A DNA stretch of 64,000 nucleotides from Basidiobolus meristosporus CBS 931.73 (taxonomy: Eukaryota; Fungi; Basidiobolomycota): positions 100,132 through 164,131 of the forward strand of contig MCFE01000116.1 in the NCBI GenBank assembly GCA_002104905.1, given 5' to 3'. Each line of letters starts with the position of its first letter. Position 1 is the first letter of the stretch. Positions 49,136 to 60,529 of the stretch are shown here, piece by piece. The notes under the pieces were generated by a model that was not told the DNA's origin, searched no databases, and saw nothing but the letters and a program-made list of their open reading frames with translations. The position numbers and the translations under genes are program-made.

Positions 49136-50064
49136 GTGTCTTATCCGTCCGATGATCGGAAGGGCAGGTGCGTCGCCTACTTTTGGATCATCTTCAACCT
49201 CGGTGGTGTCATGGGGACATTCATTCCATTCGAACTAAACTTTTATTCGAATGAAGGAGCGGCGAACAATGCGACATATATTGCCTTCTTAGCAATCATG
49301 TGTTGTGGGGCGCTGTTCGGACTATTTTCGCTCCCTCCCGAGAAGGTTGTGCATGATGATGGGTCTCGTGTGATGGTGGAGAAGTTCGAGAACGTCTCTT
49401 AAAGTTATTCTGTGACAGAAAGATGCTCTTATTGACGCCCATATCCATTGCCTCCAACTGGTTCTATTCCTACCAGTTTGGTAATATCAACGGGGTACTG
49501 TTCAACCTTCGGACGCGCTCCTTCAACAATGCTTTCTACTAGGCATTCCAAATGCTTGGTGCTTTCCTCCTCGGCTCGTTCCTGAACTGTAAGAGATTTG
49601 GCCACCGTACTAAGGCCATGTACGGCTTATATGGAGTATTTGCCGTCATCGTGATTGTTTGGGGTGGTGGTCTAGCGATGCCAATCCAGTACACCCGCAA
49701 ACCTGTTGCCCAAAATCCCCCAGATGTCGATTTCATCCGTAACCCTGGAGCATTCTGGCCCAAATGGGTGCTATACTCCCTCTACGGACTATTGGATGCT
49801 GCCACACAGTCTTATGCCTACTGGATCATGGGAACCTTGACCAATGACTCCATAATCCTTGCTCGCTACAAAGGAATGCAATCCGCTGGTGGGGCCATTG
49901 CTTGGAGAATTGACGCGGCCAAGACCCCATACATGACCGAATTCATCATCTGCCGGGCACTTTTGGCAGTGTGCTTCCCGCTTACCTGGCTGGTGTTTAC
50001 CTGGCTAGTGGCTAGAGAAGTAACCGAAACTTCCAGTTCGGATGAAGAGAAGCAAGAAATGTAA
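49136..50064 (+). pseudogene. UNC-93-like MFS membrane protein pseudogene
   Basis: YP...RKGR..AYFWIIFNLGGV, ASNWFYSYQF and YKGMQSAGGAIAWRIDA motifs; 5' part missing; stop near 49402 and in-frame TAG at 49540. Confidence 0.7.
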
Positions 50065-51228
50065 AGATATCGATGAGAGGCCTGCACCATATATAAATAC
50101 CCGTAGACAGAGTGGTTTACTGGCCACTCAGATATATGCTTTATAGAATACATTGTACTGTTCAAACCATATACAAATACCGCAGATAGAGAGGTTCACT
50201 GACAAGGTGAACATCCAGGTGAATACATACTTAAATCAATAAACTCTACTGTTGCAAACATGTTTCACGGCAATGGACAATGCATATGTACCAAGGCAGC
50301 TGTCAGTAATAACCCTGATTTACCTTGTTACCTCTTAGCGTTAGGATGCTGTTATACATGTTGTAGCTTTAGTGACAGCTTCAATAATTAGGAAAGAGTT
50401 ATCCGTGCTTCCCCTCTTGCTGGGAGTAATAAACTTGGTCTTTTAATTGTAGATGAAAGGATTCTGAAGTAAACATTAGTCCACAGGTCCTGCGTTTGAA
50501 TAATAATCTTAAATGGACACCATTAGAATAGAGAACATATCACTAGTAGCATACTGAGATGTTTAGTGTAGGGTATATTGCCATATCCCAGGTGAGATCA
50601 AGTGACTATGACTCCAATTATCTGATTAGCCAAGTACACTGGTGCTGTGGTCACGTGAGCATCTATATTCTCCAACATACATACCGTAGACTCCTGTTTA
50701 TCAGTTTTCGGGAGTCAGCATCATATAGTGAAAGTGCATGCACTTTTGCCTGCAACTAGATCTTTCCGAATTATCTAATATTGGTTCAGAATTCTACAAA
50801 TATTTCGGCTCGAATAATCACTGAGGAATGTTCCATGCGCCAATAGCATGCTAACTAACAAACGATCGATATGGTGGCTGCTAAAGCTAAATTGGATATC
50901 GATCTCTGGATAAGTAGTAGATGAACCGATTTGGTAGCCAACAATCTTAAATGAGAGGGTTTTCCTCCAAAATTGGAGAAATAATCATTCGTAAGCTGAA
51001 TACAGTTTCGAAGCAATCTTCTTTTAGAAATTACCGCTGGAAAACGAACGGGTTGATCAGGAAGGATGACTTCAGACGTCAAGATATAGTAATCAAGCAG
51101 TATGATTTAAGAAATTTGATTGAGATTGGTTATTAGCTTACTAAATGTGGAAAAGTGCTCATTCATTGTTGAGCTATATAAATCAGACGTCCCTCGGGTT
51201 TGTGCCAAACCATATTCAATATCTTACA

Positions 51229-52233
51229 ATGGAATCTTCAAAACTCTGCCCTCCCAATGGCTTTGTTAGTCAAGGGGCCATCGAGCTTCGGCCTTGTGAA
51301 ACTAACCTCAACGTTGGCATCCCTCTATCCCCCGAAAACATTGCTTCGCTAGAACAACACATTACTCGTAGCCGTCAAGCTTCTCTCAACGCTATTCCTC
51401 ATAGGAAATCCCTTGCCGGCCTTGCAACACCCGAGTTTCATCCTGATGTTGTCGCTGATGAAGACCATTTGACAATGGCCCAAATGCTGGACTGGTCGGA
51501 ATTCCGCAACCCTAAGATTTGGCGTTCCGGTGTGCATGAGCTGTTCCTGATGGCATTGTATGTTTTGGTTTCCTGCGGTGTAACCGTCTGGGCCGTCCAG
51601 GTCGGAGGCCCTGTCGTATCCCTCAATGTTGGTTTAGGAGTCTTTGTAACCCTTACTCTTTTCATCATGGGCTCTGCCTCTGTCTCTGGTGCTCATTTCA
51701 ACCCCCTTATCACCTGGACGGCCGTATGGACTCGCCTCTGCTCTGTTCCTCGTGCGATCATCTATCTGTTTATGCACTGTGTCGGTGCTCTCCTTGGAGG
51801 TGCGCTTCTTCGTGCCGCCTGTGGTGAGGCAGTCACCAATGCCACCAAACTTGGTTCCTGGGGTTTCAAGCCGGATATCGTCACAGTCGGTCAAGCTTTC
51901 TGCCTGGAATTCTTCTTCAGTTGGTCATATGTATGGATCACCTGGGGCACTGCCATCGACCCAAAGCAGCAAAAGGTGTTCGGGCCCGTTGTCGGCCCAA
52001 TCTGTGTCGCATTGGCGCTTGGTTTGAATATTTACGTAAGTGGGGGTATTACCGAAGGATTTGGTGGTGTTGGGGCCAACCCAGCCAAATTTTTGGGTGT
52101 GGCAGTTGCCTCTGGAAACTACCAGGAGCACTGGATCCCCTGGATTGCTCCTCTCTGTGCTAGTATTGCCCAAGGTGCCATATATTGGGTTGCTCCTCCA
52201 CATCATGAAGCTGAAAAACCAAAGAAGGATTAA
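51229..52233 (+). CDS. Aquaporin (MIP family), XIP-like
   Basis: SGAHFNPL and GANPAKF boxes; AIDPKQQKVFGP loop typical of XIPs; ATG at 51229 downstream of TATATAAAT. Confidence 0.88.
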   Translation: MESSKLCPPNGFVSQGAIELRPCETNLNVGIPLSPENIASLEQHITRSRQASLNAIPHRKSLAGLATPEFHPDVVADEDHLTMAQMLDWSEFRNPKIWRSGVHELFLMALYVLVSCGVTVWAVQVGGPVVSLNVGLGVFVTLTLFIMGSASVSGAHFNPLITWTAVWTRLCSVPRAIIYLFMHCVGALLGGALLRAACGEAVTNATKLGSWGFKPDIVTVGQAFCLEFFFSWSYVWITWGTAIDPKQQKVFGPVVGPICVALALGLNIYVSGGITEGFGGVGANPAKFLGVAVASGNYQEHWIPWIAPLCASIAQGAIYWVAPPHHEAEKPKKD

Positions 52234-52332
52234 GTCATTTAGAGCGTGTTTGCACACATATGTATATATCAGTAGACAGCGTTGTGTTCAGGCGTGTATA
52301 GTTTTTGATGTAGAAGCTGTCACTGGGAAGGA

Positions 52333-52367
52333 GAACAACAACAACAACAACAATAATAATAATAATA
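52333..52367 (+). repeat. (AAC)n(AAT)n microsatellite
   Basis: Directly visible; ends approximate. Confidence 0.9.
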
Positions 52368-53460
52368 CGCATAGCAGCAATAAAAGGTGATTATTCAATC
52401 CTTCAATCAGCCAGTGTGAACGATACAAAATGAAGGGAGAATAACAGATGCGCTAGTTGTTGTAAGGCTAATCATCCTAGAAGTTCACATCACTCAAATT
52501 CGGTGGTGATTATGGAACCTTATTGATTGATGGATACTGCACTTCCAAGATTCATTTTGCTGTGCTTGAGGGATTGATTTTAATGCTTAGGGATTAATTA
52601 AGATTATACTATGCCCTTCAATCCATTCTTAGTATGTAAAGGGGGCGGCAAACTATGGAGGCCGAGCTTATACAACAACGCCACCAACGCTACACACAAG
52701 TCCTTGGGATCGACGACATATGCAATGATATGCATTGTGACTTGCTATATATCTGTTAATGTTGAACTCGTAAGAGCTCATGGCTCATTTATCTGTTGCG
52801 ACATACTCCAGTAGGGTTAGGGTGCCACTACAATAAGGCCAATAGCAATACATGCCTTAAGACCAGGAAAACTGCTGTGCCTATCCAGCCCTTCTTAGCC
52901 AGTGCTTTTGTAGATCAAACATTACATTGTCAATGACCTTTTCATGGAGCTCTCATGTGTGACTTGGGGATGGGTAAAAGAGACTCCATCAGTCCCACTA
53001 CTGAGTCAAATGCATTTGCTGATACGTACATTTGACGATTCAATGCATACAATCGAAGATTCAAGGGTGAAACCTCTGCTGATGTATGAACGACGATAAA
53101 TTCCATCTTGATTGAAGACTTGACTCACTGATTACTTTTTACCTTTTTATATATATGTGACTCACTGCGACTGCCTTACCTTGCTATATGCTCGCCTAGA
53201 GTAGTCTGTGTGTCAAAGTGATTTGGCTTTTAGCATGCTGATAGAGATGCGTATTCTGTATTTATCCATCTAGCTCCGTAGAGAACATGGTGGGAGAGTT
53301 ATATACCAATGAGAAGGCGCAAAAGTCGGCGATCTCTTTATTGTAAACGATGCTTTGATAAGAGCATTGCGCCAGTGGGAACCTATGTCATCACAGATGG
53401 TGTGTGCTTCTGACTATAACAATGCAACCAGAAATAGGTCAGTTGCTCAATAATGAGGGT

Positions 53461-53550
53461 AGACCCATTAATGCCAGTAAACCTCAACTTAGACCCATTA
53501 ATGCCAGTAAACCTCAACTTAGACCCATTAATGCCAGTAAACCTCAACTT
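53461..53550. repeat. Perfect 30-bp x3 tandem repeat
   Basis: AGACCCATTAATGCCAGTAAACCTCAACTT three times. Confidence 0.97.
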
Positions 53551-55238
53551 GAACTAGATACTTGACTCAATCGCCCCCCTTGATTGATCAAAATTGCTAT
53601 CCGCAAATCAACCAGCATTTGCTGAGTAACGCAGTTACAACTATGCAGCCAATCATTTCAATTACCTATTTGCTATATAACCCTATGAAAAATCTCAAAC
53701 TTGGAATTCATCTGATTTTCAGCTGGTATTCAGCTGGTTTTATAATGGTATTTTGATGGTATTCAGCTGGTGTTTTTGGTTCAAAATTTCAAATGCAATT
53801 TTTGATGGATGTAATGGGCAGCTAATTACCAAATTTGGTATGGATGCTAGTTGACCTAGTCTCCTTCGGGATAATTTGTTGCTTGCCTACCCATTGGCTA
53901 ACAACAGAGATATTGAGAGTTGTCAATTTTGAGAAACTTGGAATTCAGCTGATATTATGATGGTATTTTGCTGGCTTTCTCTGAATTTTTTTTCTTAGGG
54001 AAGTTGCATTAAATGGTCAACCTTCTCTGTGACTGCAGATCTACTGGTTTTCTAATATTGCCTCAGGTTTCTTGACTATGATCATAGCCATGATGCAATA
54101 TTGAAGAGCCTGGTAGGTTTGTTGGTGCACCATTCATCTGTTGACTCTGGTGGATTTGTCTTCTGTAAGATCTTTTAGGCTGATAGAGAGGAATTAATCC
54201 TATGAAATCCCTAGATTCTCAGAGAGTAATCAACTGAGTCTAGTAGATTAGGAATCTTAGTATGGTATATGGAAGAATATATTACTTAGACATCAAGTAG
54301 GTACTTTCCCTAATGGACTGTATATCCCATAGATTATCCCAGGCAATATGTACTCACTTTGCTCTTAGAAAACAAAGGCTTATATAAAGTGTATTTGCAG
54401 TGTTCCTTAAATGCCTATACATTATTTTTCTATGCCAAACTTTGAGTAATTAACTGCTCACATTATATCCAGTCATCATGTTTTAGAAGTCTATAAATGC
54501 TCAGGTCTAAGCAGCTTCAAGGTTTGAGACCCTGTCAGCTTTTTAACAATGCAGATATCCAGAGGAGTGGTCACTAAGGGTCATTGGTGCCTGCATAGCC
54601 GGTGGACTCTTGGAGATGTTACTGTTAAGGATATTTAGTTGAAGCATTGCGAAATAAATGAGTCCAAATCCTGCATCCCTTTGACCCAGCTGTATCATGC
54701 TCATTGCATTGTGAGCATCTAACTCTCCCAGAGCAGCAATACACTTTATTAAATATATGTGGATGAGCTGTGTTTGTGTATTTGCCACTTTGATTGTTAA
54801 AGTGCTTTGCCCCAGTCATGCCTTTGTTCAGGTATATTTCTAGAATAGATTGCCGTGCACAACTGCCAGTCCTTAGTGTAGTTTGATTAATGCATACATT
54901 CCAGCAATCAGCATCAGAAAATTCTTGAGTACTTGTACATCATCAGTCTACCTAGTAATATGTTGCTCATCTTATTTCGTAAATTTACTTTTACTAGTAA
55001 ATACCATTATAATGGCTCTTAATCTCAAACCGACGTCTTATACTGCTTTTCATGATCCTACTTGGTTCTCCCAGACAATACAAAATATCAACATGGATGA
55101 ACTACTGCCTACAACACTTAGTAACGATCTCCACATCGTGTATGTTGCCTTGTAAACGCCCCCTCATGTTACTAGCATTGGGTTTTGCAGCCAGAAATAC
55201 ATATACCAATGGCCATGGCATTCTTATTTATTATTCTC

Positions 55239-55861
55239 CTAAGGGTTCATGGTAAACGGAGCTTTGTAGCCATTCTTTGGCATCATGGGTAGCACCACAC
55301 TACTGCGAAGTCCATTCTTGATCATATTTCTGGTAGCAGGGATGATTGTGTTATACTGAGATCCAGGGCCATAGGGGATCATACATACACGCTCACCAAC
55401 ACAGTTGGACTCGCTATAAAAGCAATAGATCGCCTCCGTAGGCCAGTAAAGAGCAAAGCCACCGTTATTTTCAGTAGGATCAATATTTGCACACTGCCTA
55501 AACTCAGGATATGTGATGGGGAAGTCATTCATGCCGTTAGCGAAAGAAATTGTTGCAGTTGCAGCAACAGTTTCGTTGACATCGTTATCTTCAATGGCTT
55601 TCTGGTTGGAGGGGCTAGTCCAGATCAGAAACTTAGCATCCAGCTCTGTTGCCACCACTTACAAACCGGAAAGCCACCATATAGATCCTTTGCCTCTGTG
55701 GAGTTGTTACAAGGAACATCAGCCGGATACTTTTGCACAATCGGCGTGGAAGTAAGTGCGGGAATCTTCCCCGCGAGGTCAAGAGTAATCCCAATGGGCT
55801 TAGCTAAGGCGGAAGTAGCAAGCACGGTCCAAACAGCTAGGTCAGTCAAGCGAAGTTGCAT
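55239..55861 (-). CDS. Putative secreted Cys-containing protein (intron or frameshift near 55610-55665)
   Basis: Signal peptide MQLRLTDLAVWTVLATSALA-KP, TATATAA upstream, continuation in a second frame. Confidence 0.5.
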
Positions 55862-56383
55862 ATTAATCTTGTGAGTCGGGATAATTCACAACAACGCGCA
55901 AGACATCTATTATATACCGATGATACACTTGTTTCCTCCGTTGTCTAGCTGATGCCTTATCGCAGTGGAAAATTCCATTCTTCTGCTTTTTTGCTTGCTA
56001 TCATCTTTCCTCATCATCTTGCCAAACATTAATTCTAACAATACCAAGAAGCATACGGATATGGAATATTCTGTTGCGTTACTCAATTTGGTGATGCCAG
56101 TGGTTGTTTGTCAATATAACACTCTGGCTGGTTTCCTCCGACCAACTTGGTGGAGTGGTATTCTACACTGAAGCACATGTCACATAAGCAAGATTTACCA
56201 AAAGGGGGGAGAAAGAGAAATCAATATCTAATGCAAGACCAATCATATAAAGGTGTGAGATTAATCCGGTGTGCAAGATGCAAATTTAATGAATGGTCTG
56301 GATCTTGTCAAGGTGGTTGTAACGCGCCTAAGAATGAGCAAAAATATGACCAGTGTAGAGATATTTGGTAATGGTGTGGATAT

Positions 56384-56519
56384 TAATGTACCATCTGAGC
56401 TGAACGGTGTGTGTTAGCCTTGAACGCTGCCTATGAGCTTCTTGTTATAAAGAGTAATGTACCATCTAAGCTGAGTGGTGTGTGTTAGCCTCGGACGCTG
56501 CCTATGAGCTTCTTGTTAT
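56384..56519. repeat. Imperfect 71-bp tandem duplication
   Basis: TAATGTACCATCT...GCTTCTTGTTAT at 56384 and 56455. Confidence 0.85.
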
Positions 56520-57392
56520 GGATAGTAGTCAGTAAAAAGTATCCGTGCCAGGCAGTATGGAGTATGAGTGACCTCCACAACTGAAAGCTGGCCTTATTTG
56601 GTCTATCACTCCATGCTGTTTCTTCTTTTTTATACATCACGACCTAGATTCCATGTATCCCGCGCCCAGCCAGTGGTCTATTTCAATTTGGCTTCCTTGT
56701 TGATTACCTGTAATCCGTTTATGTGCTTCCGCTTCTGACGAAATACGCTGATAAGGGATATATGCGGTAATAGAATGCAGTTATCATGGGCATTCTTTCC
56801 TAAGCAACTAGTTCAATTTACATGAACTTGTATGGGCACATGGGGCGATAGAAATCGGCATATGCCAAGATCTTACTTGTTATAGATGTGTGGATGACAC
56901 CTGATAACCAAATAAGCTAGTGGAACAAACACAAGTTCGACAACAATCACCAACAGGTGGGATTCTCATTTCAATTGAATGGAATAATTAAACGGCATGC
57001 TATAATTTTGGCTTTTAACCAATTTATAAATGAATAAATAAATAACGAGTGAGCTAAATAAGCTCAGTTGTAGTCAATGCAAAGCTAGTGTTGTAGATAT
57101 TTGCCATATACCTTAATCATTCACACTAAGCAAGACTCTACTTTGCGTATAGATAAGTTATAAGTCATCTATTTATTATTTAATTTGTATGATATTTACT
57201 AACTTTTAGTGTTGGTGAAGGCATGTTGCTTATTGGTATTTTCAAGCTTGTCAAAAGGCCCAAAACCTTGCGCACAGCTTCTGCAAATTTACAAATGCTC
57301 TATATGTCCAGAAAGGCCCCAGGGGCAGGAATGACTTGTCAAAAACATTAATAAGGAGAATATGATATGCATTAATGCTTAAGGGCAGACAG

Positions 57393-57682
57393 TCACCAAC
57401 AGGTGAAATCATTATTTCAGTTGGAACAAAGAAGCCAGTGCTACTATTGTAGCTTCAATACAAGAGTGTGTAGGTGATGGGAATCTGTAGGTAAGTTAAT
57501 CAGGGGAGATGATAGTTCTTCAGTGCTCAAGACACTGTTGAGTGAGAAGGGGGGTAACAAGAGGGGTAAGAATGACTTGTGAAAAACATCAATAAGGGGA
57601 ATATGATAATGATTGATTTTCATCATAAAGTGAGTGTGATGCTTTGGATATTACTGCCAAAGGCCCATCAAGTACTTCAGGC
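57393..57682 (-). mobile_element. Older degenerate 3' fragment of the telomeric LINE, interrupted by a copia LTR
   Basis: Aligns with 60534-60820 (YHIPLI..HKSFLPLLLPP); same 3' hairpin. Confidence 0.8.
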
Positions 57683-58031
57683 TGTTGTAACAGTCTTGGA
57701 GATATTGGAAGTGGCTGGGAGAACAAGTAGATTATGTGGTTTTCACTTAGTGATTTATTGAATGTAAAAGTAGTATCTATACATTTACTTGGTCTGGGCA
57801 CAACAAGCAAGTAGAATAGACATAGGAAGGTCCCAAGAACATGTGTGCAAAGTTTGGGGCTGCTTGGACAACTTTGAGAATTTTCATGTTCTGGGTACCT
57901 GATATGTGTGTGAAAATATTCCAAGTAAATCCCAACAAGAATTTTGGTCAGTATTCTCTAGGATTTGATGGTAATGATCAAAGTGACTAAGTTAGGTGAA
58001 TATTTAGGTGGAATTACAAGTTTTTACAACA
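57683..58031 (-). mobile_element. Ty1/copia LTR (TGTTG...CAACA)
   Basis: Preceded on the minus strand by polypurine tract GAGTGGGAG; homologous to 59279-59626. Confidence 0.85.
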
Positions 58032-58042
58032 CTCCCACTCAA

Positions 58043-58260
58043 CTAGATGTTACTACTGACTAGTCCTAATTTTGACCTAAGATATTCATGCTTGTCTCTA
58101 GCTAATGGTTTAGTGAATATGTTTGCAATCCTTTCATCTGTACAACAGTAAGCTAAGTTAACCAAGTTATTCTCTATACTTTCATGTATGAAATGGTGTC
58201 TGATATCTATGTACTTAGTTCTAGCTTGAGAAGTTGGATTTCTACCTAATTGTATACATC
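58043..58260 (-). mobile_element. Copia RNase H C-terminal fragment
   Basis: RTKYIDIRHHFI...TDERIANIFTKPL...LRSKLGL. Confidence 0.88.
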
Positions 58261-58299
58261 CTAAGTACCAAAAAAAACAAAGTGCCTTTAGCTGCATTT

Positions 58300-59181
58300 G
58301 CCTTAATGTTAAAGACAAATTGCTAATTCAATGCTCAAGAGCAAAAGCGGCAAAGAATGCCTGGAAGGCATTAGAAGACACCTACCAGTCATGTTCAGCT
58401 ACCAAGAAAATGTATCTTGGATAAAAATTCTTTGCTACAAAGATGCTGCCAGGAGAAGAAATGAAAAATCTAATTTACAGGATTACCCAGCTGGTGGATG
58501 AGATGGAATCTGCTGGTGTACCAACTACTGATGAGGATGTGATAGTAGCCATCATGAATAGCCTGACAGACAGGTTTCAGGGCCTTGTATCAGCCTTAGT
58601 GTCCAGAACTGAGGATTTGACCTTAAATTAGGTAAATGGAAGGCTCCCAGATGAAGAATCAAGAAAATCAAGCATCAATAAGAAGGAAGAAGAAAATGCT
58701 TTCATAAGCAATGATAACAAGCAATGGAGGTACCAAAGACCTTACAAAGGCAACAGCAATCTGTTTTGCAACTACTGCAAAAGAAAAGGACATACATCAG
58801 ACTAGTGTCTCAAAAAGAGAGATAATCAGCAACAGAAGCCTGAATATGGAAATACTGCAGCAACTGAAGATAGAATATTCATATCTGCACTAAATATGAC
58901 CACAAACAAGGATTTTCAGTTGTTGTACATTGACTCTGGAGCATCTGAACACTTTATATACCAAAAAGTACTTTTTACCCAATACCAAGAAATTCCAATT
59001 AAGAAGATATTATGGGGACAATAGAGCACTTGATGCAGTGGGAGAAGGAACTATCCAAGTAAACCTTAGAAGCAGTGCAGGAAGCCATACACTGACCTTT
59101 GAAGAAGTACTCTATGTACCAGAAATAGCCAAGAACCTACCATCTGTAAGCAAGGCCACTGCAAAACCCTATGAAAAATAA
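58300..59181 (+). mobile_element. Degenerate copia gag (UBN2-type, zinc knuckle) and protease fragment
   Basis: AWKALEDTY, CNYCKRKGH zinc knuckle, YIDSGASEH, VLYVPEIAKNL; multiple stops. Confidence 0.85.
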
Positions 59182-59278
59182 CTTGGTCCTGTGGGTGGAT
59201 CCAATCCAGATCAGCCATCAGGACCCTGGTTAGAGACCATCATAATACCAGCAGCTTGGAATTAGTGACCCTCTTGAC

Positions 59279-59626
59279 TGTTCTAAAAGTTTGTAATTCC
59301 ACCTAAATATTCACCTAACTTAGTCACTTAGATCATTACCTTCAAATCCTAGAGATTACTGACCAAATTCCTTGTTGGGATTTACTAGAATATTTTCACC
59401 AAAATACCAGGTACCCAGAACATGAAAATTCTCAAAGTTGTCCAAACAGCCCCATGCTTTGCACACATGTTCTTGGAACCTTCCTTAGCTTATTCTATGT
59501 GTTTGTAAAGCCAAGACCATGTAAAAGTAGTATTTATACTTTTACATTCAATAAATCATTAAGTGAAAACCAGGTAATCTACTTGTTCTCCCAATCACTT
59601 CCAGTGTCATGAAGAATCTTACAACA
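59279..59626 (+). mobile_element. Ty1/copia LTR, inverted relative to 57683-58031
   Basis: TGTTC...CAACA; 348 bp; clearly homologous but diverged. Confidence 0.85.
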
Positions 59627-60529
59627 TCAACAATCTTATGATGGAGTCACAATGATGTTTTGCTAATTCTACTGCCAAATAAAGTTACAAAACTTGACAA
59701 GATTTGATTGGTGCTGTGATGATAATCACATGGCATTGTTGAGGTCTTATTGCACTCTACAGCTATTTTAAGTGGATCCAACCAGCCAGGACATCCAATT
59801 GCCTTATATGGCAAAAATATTTGACAGTATTTCAATGGCTTTACAGCAAGACTCTGATGGCATTATAATGGTAGTATGATGGCTCACAGTTAGTTCTGTA
59901 TAATACTACCATACCAATATACCAAGTGGTATTTCCTTTTCTACCTCCCTTTGTGCAATTCATGTATTCCACTGTAGAATCACCCCTCTGAGTTTGCTTA
60001 CCCACTATTACTATGGGTATTTCACATACAGTTTGGATCAAAAAAAATTATGGCCTCCTGTTTACTAACCTGTACAAACATGCACCCCTGCTGCATTTTA
60101 CATCTATCACCTTAGCTTTACAGCTATTTAGTGTGATACTTGCAAAGTTGCCATATACCATGTACTGCTGGTAACATATACATCTTGCAAACATATGCTT
60201 GGTTGTTGCCACTTCTGCCACAGATACCTCCCAAATATAGACAGAGAACCTTTTGGTATTTAGCCAATATATTCCTTCTCCCTGTTGGATTCTGACCCCC
60301 TAGGTGCACTCTGGCTCTTGTTTGTGTGAACTCCATATTGAATGGTGTAGAAGTTGGCTTGTGACAATAAGAAATCTGGCATTCCTTGGTCAAGTTTCCC
60401 TAATGAGAATTAGTTGCTTGTTGCACCCAACCCAACTTTACATTACTTAACTGATTACCTACACATTGGGGCAGAGGGTTAGGGGAGGGAAAGTCACCAA
60501 GTTGGTGAAATCTTATTTAGGGGGGGGGG

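Noticed and set aside
54543-56371. Short Cys/His-rich ORFs resembling zinc knuckles (54625-54819 minus, 56147-56371 plus)
   Set aside because: Spacing is non-canonical and the context is fragmentary.
59630-60470. Possible DNA-transposase remnant between the copia LTR and the LINE
   Set aside because: CpG-depleted and stop-ridden; no motif I can name with confidence.
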